A DNA stretch of 63,661 nucleotides, filler included, from Lenisia limosa (GCA_001655205.1; 8 parts of 8 records of this genome joined end to end with filler, not necessarily neighbours in it), one strand, 5' to 3'. Numbered from the whole stretch's first letter, positions 26,101 through 39,100 are shown. The notes: generated by a model not told the origin, from the letters alone. Numbers and translations are program-made.

Positions 26101-27187
26101 TACTAGCATTTGGAGGACACATACGTCATTTTCACTGGAGTCAACATTCAGGGTGTCAACTCAAGTGATGGTCTCCAAGGTCGGGCTCAATCAGCGCATT
26201 GTGGCTTTAATTCTTGTGTCATCCAAGCTGGTAAGTCTTTCCTTCGTTTCATTGTTTTCAGCGGATGGCAAAATGTATATTTGCGGCACACTTGATTTTA
26301 TCCATTCTGGCGGGACTATTGGAAAGAGCGTCACTCCTGTAAGCATGGTGGCTTTGCCAACAGAAGATAAGCTTCTCTCATAGTGGTTTAGAAAGACATC
26401 ACTTCCATTGTCAACCAAGGGTGTGGTGCTGGCAAAAGCAGAAGTCAAATCAGTGGAAACTATTTTGCGATTTCCTTCTATGGAAGTAAGCGCACGGAGA
26501 AATATTACACTAGTGAGGGCAACGCTGAGCATTTAGGCTGTCCTGGAGTGTACACATGGACCTTTTCTATGCCATCTTCAATCTGCAGCGCTTCAGGAAC
26601 AGCAGGAACGGTATGGACCTGTTCTTTTCTTCACTACTTCGGACAAGGTTTGATCGTTTCAGTTCAAAGCGGTTGAGAGCCTTCCGGATGTCTACTCTCA
26701 GGTCGTTCAGTCCACGCGACATATCACAGCTCTTGTTTGACCGAATCACCCATGATTTAGAGAGATTCATATTGTATCTATTTAACATTGTTATTTCTAT
26801 CTAATATATTACTATGACTTTTTTTGATGAACATCAGTCGTTTAATGGCGATAAAGTTTACATCCAAACCTTGAAAAGAAACAACATAATAAGAAAGAAG
26901 TGACGCCTCTTTCGGCGTCTCCGAGCCAGCCTCGGCAATCATTAATGTACAGCATGCAGTTCTACTATGGTCACATATACAGGGGGAATGAAGGCATTGA
27001 TGAGGAGCAACGACGCCCAAGCAACCTATTTATTTGGAAGGGACGGGAACTCGTCTTCACAGTTCAAAGACGGGATGGGCTTTGGTGACGGTATCCGAAG
27101 CGGCGGCGGAATCCTTCGTGAGGGGTGCAGGTGTCGCACAATATCTCGCCAGTCGTCCTAATCATCAGATCCAACTCAGGTTGTGAC
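23116..27187 (+). CDS. Secreted RCC1/BLIP-II-type repeat protein, many exons
   Basis: Signal-like N-terminus MIFQFQALFLLLVALCGHVFS; repeats such as GRSLYTCGLDNSQYTLG, VEDGTVFTWGQGSYYRL, DGSFFGGGYGAY and ADGKMYICG. The 3' end is approximate. Confidence 0.7.
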
Positions 27188-27224
27188 AGAGATGGATGAT
27201 AACTCCAACTCAGGTTGATAACTA

Positions 27225-27318
27225 GTGCTTCACTTCGGTCGAAAAAGACCAATACAATATCGATAGTTTTCGAGGATTTATCGAGAAATTCAGTCTTTTC
27301 CCAACCGAAGTGAAGCAT
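27225..27318. mobile_element. MITE family A copy, TA-flanked
   Basis: TA|GTGCTTCACTTCGG...CCGAAGTGAAGCAT|TA. Confidence 0.85.
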
Positions 27319-27371
27319 TAATGATAACACAATGAAAAACAAAGGACTCCCCCACTAGCTGATAATGTCAT

Positions 27372-28866
27372 TTAAGTACCCCACTAGCTGATAGTACTAA
27401 AAAAAGACTGAATTTCCAATAAATCCTCAATAAATATCGATATTTTGAGGGTTTTTATCGGACCGTAGGGAAGCCCTACTGCCCCCCCCCCCCAACCGGT
27501 CTTTTGATTTTGATAGCATTCGGGTCGAATAGTCCCGTAGAGAGATCCACACCTGGTATGGGGGAAGGGGTCAATGGTGACGGCGAAATCAAGGGGGTAA
27601 TGTGAAATTGTTTCAAAGCAAAACGGAGACCTCATACCAGGGGGGAGGAATGGCATGGCGCGAACGCAATCTTCGAAAGAAGGTGGTGCCACTATGAAGT
27701 CAGAATTAGGGCTAAATCGGGAATGGCAATTGAAAGCCAGGTAGTAAAGGACCCACCGGGTGGAAGGTAGGTTTTTCCGGCCTTGGTAGCCTCTTCTTCT
27801 TCAGCTTTGTCAATTTGCACTAAAGAAGTAATGAACAAGAACAACGATGAACTCAGATTACTGCACCCCCCTCTCACCGGCAAGAGGCATTTCAGGGTAC
27901 TCGGCGTTTGACTGGGGGTCATGGATGTAGCCTCCACGGACAAGCTCCAACTTATTGGCCTGGTTTTGATGGTACCGTCGCGTTTCAATCTCACTCAGGT
28001 CCGGGAAGTGGGGATAGGAGTTTTTCAACACGACCTTTCGGGGAGTCACCGCGACAGGAATGGCACGTTCCTTGAAGGCAGCAGGAGTGGAGTCTTTCTT
28101 CTCGGGTGGAGCAGAGGCAAAGTGGGGAGCTTGGGTGTGGGGGGAGGAATGTGATACTGGGGGTGGGTGGCTACTTGTTGTCGGCGGCGGATGGGTACTT
28201 GTTGCTGGCAGCGCAGGGTGGCCTAATTATCGTTAAAGCAGATATCAGAATACAAATTGAAGGTAACTTATGTCAAAGCTAAATCATGCAAGTCATGCTT
28301 GGTTATGGTGCTTTTGTTCTTCGACTGAGCCAGCTTCAAGAATATCATAATGTTAGTCATATGGTACCGTATCTCTTTCGTCAGCCTCGTTCACATCATT
28401 ACTTTTACTCCATCCTATCACACCCCCGCGAACCTGGTGGAAGAGGCCCTTGATGTGACGACCGCGCTTTTCGTCGTGCCTTGTTTTTGGAGGTAGGTGA
28501 CGTGGGGGTTACTGCAGAGTGAGAGGTTATCTTTATGCTGAGGCTTCATATGTAGAACTTCTGCCCAGAGCTGCAGATCAAAAACCAATACAGCATTGAG
28601 TCTTGGACCCCATACACACACAAAAAGAATAACACTCCCCTCACTCATTGCATGCATATCATATACAGTGACCGCGATAAGACTTAACATACAGTATTTT
28701 CCTTGGGTAACACATAGCAAATCGGTCAGCTTACGTTTGTCCTTGGTGGCATTCGGGCTTGGAGACCTCGGCGGTACCACGACTTCCGGCTTGGCTCGCT
28801 TGGTACTAGGCGGGAAGGGTGGCGTGAACGGCATTGGGCCATTGCCACTTTCGACCCGACTGAAGG
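27372..28866 (-). CDS. Partial Pro-rich hypothetical protein, 5' truncated
   Basis: Phase-consistent exons: ANKLELVRGGYIHDPQSNAEYPEMPLA, VQIDKAEEEEATKAGKTYLPP, VAPPSFEDCVRAMPFLPPG, VDLSTGLFDPNAIKIKRP, WGT*. Confidence 0.6.
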
Positions 28867-28985
28867 NNNNNNNNNNNNNNNNNNNNNNNNNNNNNNNNNN
28901 NNNNNNNNNNTTAATTAATTAANNNNNNNNNNNNNNNNNNNNNNNNNNNNNNNNNNNNNNNNNNNNGGCTTTTTTTGTTTTTTTG

Positions 28986-29076
28986 TGATCAACCCTCATG
29001 TGTTGTCAGCCAACAGAGTTGATTTGGGTTTTTTTTGTTTCATTAATTTTCCAGTTTTACTCCCCCTCCCCTGTAG
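28986..29076 (+). repeat. Family B intron-3'-end repeat (copies also at ~329-475 minus, 48590-48651, 49118-49280, 49475-49611, 50485-50570, 50940-50987, 53262-53410 minus, 60160-60235 minus)
   Basis: Consensus GATGGAATGCGGT...TTGTTTGTTTTGTTTT...CAG(C/T)AACAGAGTTGATTT(G)G...TTTTGTTTCATAAATTTTCCAGTTT.ACTC.CCC, ending at or near an AG acceptor. Confidence 0.8.
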
Positions 29077-32022
29077 GTTTCAGTTGAGCGAAGTTCACAG
29101 CATTCGAAGTCCACCCATGGTAGACCTCAACACGAGCAGCACGGCTATGCCTTGGGGAAAAGTCAGCATCAGGTGGCGACGAAAGAGAAATGCCCGAAGC
29201 GCGGCACGGGAAGGACGAAATCAATCAAGTTGGCAAATTCCTTGTTTTACGGGTGATCACATGTGATCATTTGGTCTTCGTCTGATTCCCTCAGGGTTCC
29301 CCCACCTTCCAGGAAGAAAATCATCCATGGCAGTGCTGAAGGTTTGACATACTACCACATAAATACACAGGAGGTAACTATTCACAATTATTAAACAGTC
29401 CCTAGACTATGATAAACCCATATGGTCCTTGCTTCATTGCACAGAAGACAATCCTTGACCTCTTAGGCTGTTTTGGCGGGGTCTGTGGACCGGCCGGTGG
29501 CGGGGACGGCAAGCGTGTCCTCCGAACCATCTTTGTCAATGAGGAGGCACATGACGCTTTGCAGGTAGGGGAAGCAATACACACAACAAGCTCACTCATC
29601 AAAGTCAATTTTGTAAGAGTCTTTTTCTTGTAAACCCCAAATAGTTGTTAGTTTTATGATCTTTTCAGGCCACAGTTTCATCGCTTCGTGAACAGCTTGA
29701 AGCCGAGGTGGGGGGGGGGGGCACGATCTAGTGAANNNNNNNNNNNNNNNNNNNNNNNNNNNNNNNNNNNNNNNNNNNNNNNNNNNNNNNNNNNNNNNNN
29801 NNNGTTACAATAATTTTCTTTGTTTTTTGTTAAACGCTGCAGCGGAAGCTTCACAAGGAGAAGGAAGAGGCCCTCCTCGAAGATCGCAGACTACGCATCG
29901 CTGAGATGAAGAAGCAATTCGAGGCCGACATGAGCAAGGTGGGACGGTACACTGTGCGTCTTACGAAATCAAATTATATCGATCCCATTGGGAAAACTAC
30001 GTCTATCTTAGAACAAATCACTTGATCTCCATTATGTATTGTTAATCACCTCTTCATTTTTAGTTCGAAAAAGCCAGAGTCCCAAGGATTGTTTGAGGAA
30101 AGGTATAAACTCATTTCCTCCCCAGATGACCCAAATGCAAAAAGATAAAGACAAATTGGCCAAGCAGCTTGCTCGAAGCGTTAGAGGTATGCATGAGGCA
30201 CGTTACTGTATTTCAACTTTAAATGCCACAAAATAACGTTTATACTTCACATCACGTTCTCAGACTACCTTGTGTTGCGTCATAATTCACAAATTTCACA
30301 AAGAGTCATGAAGGTTTGATTGGTCTCATCTGAAGTCTTTCCCTTTCGTTTCTGCCATCTTCATAAACGTTATAGTGTTGAAGAATTTGGCCCGATCCTA
30401 TACATACTAGATGTAGTACTGAATTCCTTACCGTTTTAGGAAGATAACGAGTCGCTACGATCACAGATTCTCAGCTCCAACCACAACAGTGAAAAACTCC
30501 AGAAACAGTCAAACGAAGCGCTGAGAGTGAGAACACTGCATGTTTTGACATTGACTATCACTTTACCATATTAATGACCCAACACAGAAAGCGAACGCAG
30601 AAAACAAACAAAGCACCGAGGCTGCTCTCAACAGATTACGGAAGCAGGTACGTTATGCTTTCTGTTCAGACTTTTAGACTGTGTGATATTTGGTATTTAC
30701 CTTCGCAGGTGGTGGCTAAGGATGAGGACATCGCCAACCTGACGTCTCAATACAGCGCCTTGGTGGTGGGTGGGAATTTGAATAGCTGCTTTGGTTTGCA
30801 ATTCTTCCAGATGGACCACACTGAAGGAAACTAGTTTCAATATCTTTGGTAACAGTGACGACTTCCTCCAGCTACAACAACACTTTATGACTGGTTACTT
30901 CTGTATATCTGGGCAACAGCCTGTGCGAGTACAAACTCTGATATTTTTTGATGATGTTTTCTGGTTTATACTTGAAGGGTGAGAACGAGGATGAGCTTCA
31001 GAGCTTAACAGCCCAAGTTTCAAGATGGAAGACAAGGTGGGGGGGGGGGGGGCAAANNNNNNNNNNNNNNNNNNNNNNNNNNNNNNNNNNNNNNNNNNNN
31101 NNNNNNNNNNNNNNNNNNNNNNNNNNTCAATAAAAAAATTGGGGAGGCTGTGTTTACAGAGTTGTAGGGCAAAATTGGGTGAATTAATGATTTACTATTA
31201 TCCAATTACTCTATAAGTGTGATGGAGGTGTGGATACAACTCGTTTTCCTCCTATTTCTGTTTTTCTGTGGGTTTTTTTCTTTGTGTACAATTTCAACCG
31301 CAGGATCTTTATGATCCTAGTTTAAAAGAGACTTTACTTCAAAATATTTCTCTCTGCTTAAGTCTCATTCAAGCTGCATCCCTTCATTTTGAATTTCCAA
31401 TCCTCCTGTTCCTGAAATATTCAGTCAGGAATGTTTTTCGTCAGTTATATTTGTCTCACCCCACAGGTTCAAGAGGCTGACCTCAAGACGAGGACATGAG
31501 GTGGAGGGCTTCAAAACCGATGTCTCTCGTTTCAAGAACGAAATCCGAGGTCTGATAAGGCTAAAAATAGCTACCAATGATTCTTTGAAGAATAATGACT
31601 GCTTTTGTTCAAGTGAACCGTACCTTTAGCGAGGATCTATTACTGTTTCAAGACTGTCTTCCCTAAGTAATTTCTGGTTTGATGTGTCTAGACTTGGAAG
31701 CTTTGATCATGAAAATGAGTATTCCCACAGCAGGTGATCTTGAGTACCGAGTGCTTGATACAGGTGGGGGGGGGGCTAGTGTTTTGTATTGCTTCAAAAT
31801 TATTGTGAATCCTTATGCCTACTCCTGGTGATACTAACATTTCCAGCGCGATTAAACGCGGAATTGGGTACAGAGGTGCACCATGTTCTCAGGAATCTGA
31901 AGGTGGGTGTTTTGTCATCTCTGTTTCACCCCAAGTTTTACCTGTTTTATCTACCCGCTTAGAGCGAACTACATCAAGCTGAAAACGTTCTTGCTGGAGT
32001 ACCCAACACCATTGCAGCCTAA
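29077..32022 (+). CDS. CCDC77: CCDC77-like coiled-coil centriolar protein, 5' truncated
   Basis: Exons KEKEEALLEDRRLRIAE, FKRLTSRRGHEVEGFKTDV and DLEALIMK match remembered CCDC77 motifs (IEGLIEDRRI, RRILEVEGFKTDI, DLEQMLYK); TAA at 32022. Confidence 0.78.
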
Positions 32023-32816
32023 TGCCCATCTCTTCCTTTCTTCCTTTTTTCCCCCTTTTTCTAGGTTTATGACTCTTGCTGTATAGTACTTATTTAGAAT
32101 GTATTTCCGTCTTTTTCATATGATGCTTTTTCAATCAACCTACTAAAACAGGATGTAAGACCCACTAACACCGAGAAAAATCCGAAAATTCCAAAAACAC
32201 AAATAAGACTAAAGAGTGCAAACCGGTCCGGGCACATTGGGTTTTTTTATTATTATTATTATTTTATCACTTCTGTTTATCTGAGTAGGAGGTATATAGA
32301 TTAGTGGCCCACCATCAATGAAGTAACCCCCCCCCCCACCATAGCTAACGCGNNNNNNNNNNNNNNNNNNNNNNNNNNNNNNNNNNNNNCATGGCCGCAA
32401 CAGCTCAATTATTGTCTATGTATGTGTGGAAGTATACCATAGCATTCATAGTTTGGACTTGTACAACATAAGCATAATTATTCATCTATTCAGTCTTCGT
32501 TTTCTTTGGCAAGCAATGTTCATTTGGATAGGTCAGGCTTCAAATGGGTGAATACTATCAACATGTGAACGTGATGCTAGTGTAATTTTTGGCGTTTGTG
32601 TTATTTTAGGCCATTTTAGTCATTCAATTAGAAAACAGGCCCCCCCCCCCTCAACACTCTAATTCTGACAAGCAGGGTGTCCCACACTTTCTTTTGTTAA
32701 AAGATAGTATAACATTTGTCACACTATCTAAATTAAAGAAAATAGTTGAGTGGATTTCCACGACTTGTTTCATGAACAATTTTACTGTTGCAATCATAAC
32801 ACTGTATCTTACCAAT

Positions 32817-35800
32817 AGATACATTCTACTGGTCCTATACTGCATTCTTTTCCACGTGCCAACACTGGCCTATCCCGAGGTTCTTTACCTCAATAATCTC
32901 GACATTTCCACTTGCATCAGATGCTCATGGACTGTTCCTGAAGCCATGGTGCGAGGGGGGTCGGGGGGTCGGACAACACCACACTAACCCTTCAAAGTAC
33001 GTACATTTGATATGGTATGATATGTATATAGTCTGGGTTTTTTGTTTCGATAATCCTGAACCAGGAGGGTTTAGACCCAAAGGCTGCTGAGCAAGCAGTT
33101 ACAGCAGGGGAGTACTTCCTGGAGCAACGAAAGTTCACGAAGGCTTTCAAAGCGTTTTCAAGGTCTGTGATTGTATTGAAAATATCTGGTCCATTTCAGA
33201 CTCTTGGATCTTTGTACCGCTCTGTTGGTGCGTATATTCAGGATTTTTGACAACCAGGTCATTGGAACTATGTGGGGACGCAGCAGTAACTCTTGGAAGG
33301 GCTGCGTATGGTCTCTTAATGGCCAATGATGAGTATGGGATCCATGCCACTGGAACGCACCTCACAATCCAGACCAAGCATGAGGCAGCGACTGGTGATG
33401 GAAGATGCAGCACGTCGTTGCCTTGTGGCTCGGTTTAGAGATTCATCGCATGGTAGGTTGCTTTATGTTACTTTTGGTCTTGAGAGGCTGTTTTAGTATG
33501 GAATAGAGCGTAGTCAACAGCAAAACCATGAGTTATGGAGTGGATAAACTCTGAACCCATTGACCTCTCGAGATGAAATGAGAAGATTTGATCGTCACCA
33601 ATCTAGGATCTGACATACTGCTTGGGGAGGCATTTGAAAGTGCGTCCAGTGTCCTTGGTGCTAACGACGAGGCACTCAGTCACTATGACTTTTGGATACT
33701 GGTTCGCACGGATTGTTGAGATACTCAGATGTCAGAGCAAACACTAAAAGAACAGTTTTCAACCAAAAAATGGTTTTCACTGATGAAGGTTTTGTAGTAT
33801 TATTGCTGATTATCCTCTGCTTGCGTCCTTTATCAGCAATATGCGTTCATCTTGTAATTGGACAGGATGTGCTCACTGAAATGCAAAAACACCTGGTGCA
33901 ACTTGCCACGGGTTCATCTAAAACACCGATTGTGGGGGTGGGGGTGACTTCATTTGCTTTGCAACAATAGATGACATAGTATTAACCTAGTAGTTGCTTG
34001 CCAACCTAATGGCAGACGAAGTGCGGAACAGCGCTGCTATTGAGGGTTTGAGGCGTCCTTTATTATTCCGGTTTATTTATTGGGAATATTCACTAACAAT
34101 CCCTCGAGTTATAACACTGAAAATGGATTGAACCATTTGGTGCTAACGACTCAGGATATGTGGTGGAAAAAGAAGCAGTTGACAACATGGTTCAAATTAT
34201 CTTGCAGCCAGATTTGGTACGTTTCTGTGGGCAGCAGGACATATTGAAAGGTGTAATACAGTATTCTCTGATATCAACTGTAATGGTTTTAATGTTCATT
34301 CTATAGTTCACCATATCCTTAGATTAGTAACTACAAAACGTGCAACTAGAATCTCCTCCAAAACGTGCAACTAGAATCTCCTCATTCTTTCAGTCGAAGC
34401 CGACATCCACGGAACTACCCCTTTCTTCTTTCAGCCATTGCCCGAAACTGCCTTTATTCGATTCGCTGGTCTCTCGTTCAGCCTTTGAATTTGAACCAAA
34501 TGCAACTCCGGAAAGCCACCTGAGACAATATGAGCAATCAGACCCTTCTACCTTCCTCTATGACGCTTGGATGAAGTCAGATCACCCGTTTTCCCTGTTC
34601 TTGTCCCATTTAATGCATTGGTCTCCCTGGCTAATAAGCAGCCGTGGTACGTGGTCAGGTGAACATGATAAATATTGAGGGCTGCCCTGGATATCCACGC
34701 CATATTTGCTCAATGCCGGAGTAAACATTAACAGATTTAGGCTCAGTACCAGGTGGGTTGATAGAGGACCAAACGGCAGTCATCCCATACCACGCTGGAC
34801 TGGATGTGCATCTGCAAAATTTGCCGGCAGTAGCGGATCTGGATCATGAGGTCGAATCCATTGAGCAGCATGAGGGTGAGGGGCGTGAAATTGGTTGTTT
34901 CAAACGTTCTGTATTTTTTATCTTTCATGAAACCATTATCTGTTTCAGTTATGAGTATTAGGACACCTCGATTCATCAACTAGAAACAATTTTACGTGAT
35001 ATCTGTCGGTGGTGCATTTCACTTATAAAGACATTCAGTTTTATCTGCTGGACAATATTGGCTTAAAACCCCAATTCTAATAACCCACCCAAATTTCCTT
35101 AACCACCAGGTATGTCACTTTTAGCGGTGGCACGTCTTGTCACTGCCACGGCCATCCTGCACCCTGTACCGCGAAGTAGCCGTTTTGCTATCGATATTCT
35201 TGGGCTTCACCAAGTAGGGGTGGTCATCTGTTTAGTGCATTAGCCTCCAGCATAACTTGTATTTTCCGGCTGAGTATACTACCACTAATCGTCACGGCTC
35301 TAGAAAGTTCTCGGATCCGAGGGGGGGGTCTACAGGCTTGAACCAGCACGAGTTGGCAATCATCATGGAGCACCGGTTGGTGAATAGGATGATGGAGAGG
35401 CACGTAGAAAGCTGTTTGCACAGAGTTGTAAGACAAATGATTTTGGGTGAATTGATGTGGACAGCTTCGGCCAGATACAACCTTGTTTTTTATTTCTCAT
35501 TGCAATATTATATAAATGAGAATAGAACAAGGGGAAGTGGGTATCTGACCGAAGCCGTCCATACCATCACGCTTAGAAGAGATATTGCGGGGTAATAAGA
35601 ATTATTGAGTAAGCTGCTGAAAAAGTTTGTCATGGTCCACATAATGTTTCAATTACAAGCCTCAAATAGCTTATTTCATTTTGAGTTACATTGACTTGTA
35701 GGCACACAACCTTGAAAAGCTCATGACGATATTCCAAAGCTGGCTCTCAAGTGACTCTGTGGGAGGCTGGACATGACATTTTTGACAACGAAGATTACTC

Positions 35801-36158
35801 ATAAAACAGTCAGCAATGCAAGAAGTCTTATTTCGCAGTTTTTGAATCTTCATCCCGTGGAGCGAGCAGCAAGAGCCCATTTCATTCTAGTGGACATTCA
35901 CCCCTTTGCTGATGGAAACGGCCGCACAGCCAGACTTCTTGCCTCGGCAATCTTGCTGCACGCGGGGTATGTGGATTTGCAGGTCTCATCAGAAAGCTCT
36001 CAGTCACCCTGCTCTTGACTTTTTGCAGGTATCCGTCAACGGTTGTGAATTTGAGTAGTCGAAAACTGTATTGGGACACTCTTCAAGAGGCTTCAGTTGA
36101 TATCCGCCCGTTCATCCGGTTCTATGCTGCCCAGGTAGAGAGGGGATCACGAAGCTGA
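32817..36158 (+). CDS. FICD/HYPE-like TPR plus Fic-domain AMPylase
   Basis: Hydrophobic N-terminal segment, TPR-like exon ([23 protein letters not shown]), inhibitory motif SAAIEG (~34030-34047), canonical catalytic motif [12 protein letters not shown] (~35898-35933), TGA at 36158. The start is approximate. Confidence 0.85.
35396..35590. mobile_element. Family D repeat/palindrome in a Fic-gene intron (arms also at ~2790-2850, 41280-41445, 50362-50410, 52905-52930, 61050-61100, 61880-61935, 63533-63600)
   Basis: Inverted arms GGACAGCTTCGGCCAGATACAACCTTGTT / ACAAGG...GTATCTGACCGAAGCCGTCCA around an AT-rich spacer, plus the adjacent ACAACTCTGTGCACACAGCTTTCTGCGTG module. Confidence 0.75.
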
Positions 36159-36407
36159 TATCATATGCCGTCATGTCCCCTCCCCACTCACTCCTGTTAT
36201 AATTCGGATACACTCGGGAGGATAAACTCGCGTTTTATCTTCGTTCATCGTTTTGACTCTCAAGTCGTGCATAAGTGTAAATATTTAAAGGAAACAATTA
36301 CCATACATTACCATTCCAGGTGAAAGAAACATTACGAGAGATGATTCACCAGCTCCAAGATGACGAAAGCGACCGACATCATTACTTTTGATCCCCCGGA
36401 AGACCCG

Positions 36408-39100
36408 TCACGTCTTCTTCTGTTTAGCTTTTTTGACCACCATTAATACTGCGGTTGAAAGGATCAAGAGTGCGCCCAAAACAGAGAAGACTGATAGCGT
36501 TGAGTCAAGAATCGTCACCTTGATGGTAAACGGCAAGGGGATGAGCAGTAGAACAAAAATGGAAGATAGTTTCAGAAAAAGTAAATCAAATATCAAATAT
36601 CACAATACAATGCCAAACACTTACCTGGAAGATCATGACAAAAATAAGGTCAAGATTCCTCATCAAAGTCGCAGGCCCTGCTTTTTCAAGTTGAAGTCCT
36701 ATTGCATTAAAATGTATAATATGATAAATTGTATGACAGATGTCAGATGCAAATAGTTTTGAAAGTACTGATCGGATGTCCTCTCACCTTTATTGAGGAA
36801 ACACTGACCGGCAAACGCAGACACGCCGCAGCCCACTAAGTAAAGCCTGCAAATGTGATACCCATGCACTTACTTTATTCAGATGATGTGGCAGAAAAAT
36901 AAACATCCTGTATCTCTCTTTACTACTATAAAACCAACCATTCAGTTTGTGTTGGAATCTGGGGATCTTGGAGAGTAAAAGCGGCAATTGGGGACGCAAT
37001 ACTCGAAACAAGTCCGAAGGAAAACACAGAAGCCATGAAGTGAACCTTGTTTGTCAATAAGACATATTGAGCTGAATCAAAATACACACACCCTCCATAC
37101 CTTACTGCCCATTTTACGGACAATGACATACGCCTAAAAACGTCATTTTGATGAGTAATATCGAGGAATACAGAAAAGAAATATCACTACATTTAATGAA
37201 CAGTCAAGCAACAACACAGAGAGAAAGCACAATATCTCAGCAAAGAAGACAAGAGGCAAACCGTTGCAGCAATGATAGCTCCGAGTAAGGCAACAAAAAC
37301 TGCAATGATTTCATTGAGTGACGAGGAATTGGTGGTGTCTGAAGGTCACGGTTTCGCACTTTAGCCGTGCTTTAGGTAGTATAGTATTATATACTGATAA
37401 TGATAAAGGGTAGGACATCAGAACTGAAAAGGGCCTAACCTCTGCCTTCGTCTCCAAAAATGAAGGTTGGTCGGGCAATGAAGATTATACCGCCCATGGA
37501 GAGAATCATTGCACAACTGAACGATAAAAAACCTAAAAAGAGAGAGGTTGCGCATGTCATATCAAATGACATGATTTACTTATATCATATATTATGTAGT
37601 ATATACATACTATTCCGAAATATACCTATATTTGTGGATATTAAAAGTCCATTGAACAAGAAGAAGACCCCGAAAGCCCAACCAACACATCAATTTTGCC
37701 GAAAGGTTCGCGGAGGAAGATAGCCGCCAACACCGCAGTCCAGACCGGTGTTGTGAAGAAGGCCACCGTTGCATCAGGAAGCGCCAACTAAGACAGTCAT
37801 AAGGCTGAGTAATTCGGCGAGGATACATCATCAACATATCACAGGGTTTCAAAAAGACAAAAAATTGAGACTACAAGTATAAGTTCTTGTCAAACGCAAT
37901 AAAGGCTTTGTAATTCAATCTAAGAATGCCATACCATTGTAATGGACCAAAAGAAGCAAGCCAACCCAGAGGCTCCTAAAACAGTCAACAGCTACTGGGG
38001 CAAAACTGAAAGCTGAAGAACAGATACATATGATATATTACTATGATTTGCAAATATCTATGTAGTATATCAAATATTATACATATGTATGTATTATGTA
38101 TGTGTAATGACAGCGGTTGACGGCTCACCTGCAATTCCTCTCATCAAAAGCCACTTCCTCTGACCAGGGTTACCCATGGGATTCTTTCGAAGGAAAGCCA
38201 AAGAAACAGAAGAGAACAACAGTTGAATAATGGATCTAATCTATCAGGAAATAGCCAGTTGTTAATAGTAGTAGACACTTTATATTGTCATGCGATAATC
38301 ACTTTTCTGCGCAGGCGGAATACCCCCACCAACCTGGCAAAGACTATTTGAAAAGAGGGGAGCGCTCTGCCTGCCAACTTCACGAATAGCGACATGCTAG
38401 AAAACCCTGGGTAATAAAAAATCGCACATTTTGAACTCGGGAGGTGGCTAGCTAAACACTCTTATTTTATTCTCTTCGTCTAAGAGACTTTTACCTCTCT
38501 GTATCTCTTAATGCAAAGCTTAAATATAGTACGTAACGCTTAAAAAAGCTTCAGGCTTGTATTTAGTTCCACAACACCCCAAAAAAAAGCTGTACAATAT
38601 GAGCTAAATACAGTTAATTGCTGAAATGTTACAGGCGCTACATCGGGGGAGAGAATAAAAAGATGACAAGCCAAATCCTCACCAAGAGCAGAGACGGCCA
38701 TGAGAAAGAGACCAAGATAAGACCTTGATGGAGGGGGTGGTTGCGGCGCATCGATGTCATTGATGCTTGTCACTGCCTGGAGTGTCAATTTATGTCTATA
38801 TTAAGAATGTTCTTCCTCAAACAACCCCTCCTCGCTCACCTCAGACGCTGGTGTCTCGTCTTGCTCCTGGATATGTCAGATATGCAAAAAAGGGGTTAAA
38901 CGTCAGAATTTTATTAGACGTATGGAATGGAAACAACAGGAAATTAATGGTGCAATAACATCAGAACCCATTAAAGGGTCAGGTAACACATGAAACAAAA
39001 TCCAATAGTAGCTAAATTCCGGTATACCTTTGTGGGGGACAACAGTGGTGTATTTGGAGCCACTGACATGATGAGAAGTGTTGATGAGGAGAGAGACCAA
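36408..39100 (-). CDS. DMT superfamily EamA / SLC35G-like transporter
   Basis: GLFLMAVSALG|FSSMSLFVKL...FQIVFARSIIQ; WLLMRGIAG; LPDATVAFFTTPVWTAVLAAIFLRE; GQCFLNKGLQLEKAGPATLMRNLDLIF; TGA at 36408. The 5' end is approximate. Confidence 0.88.
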
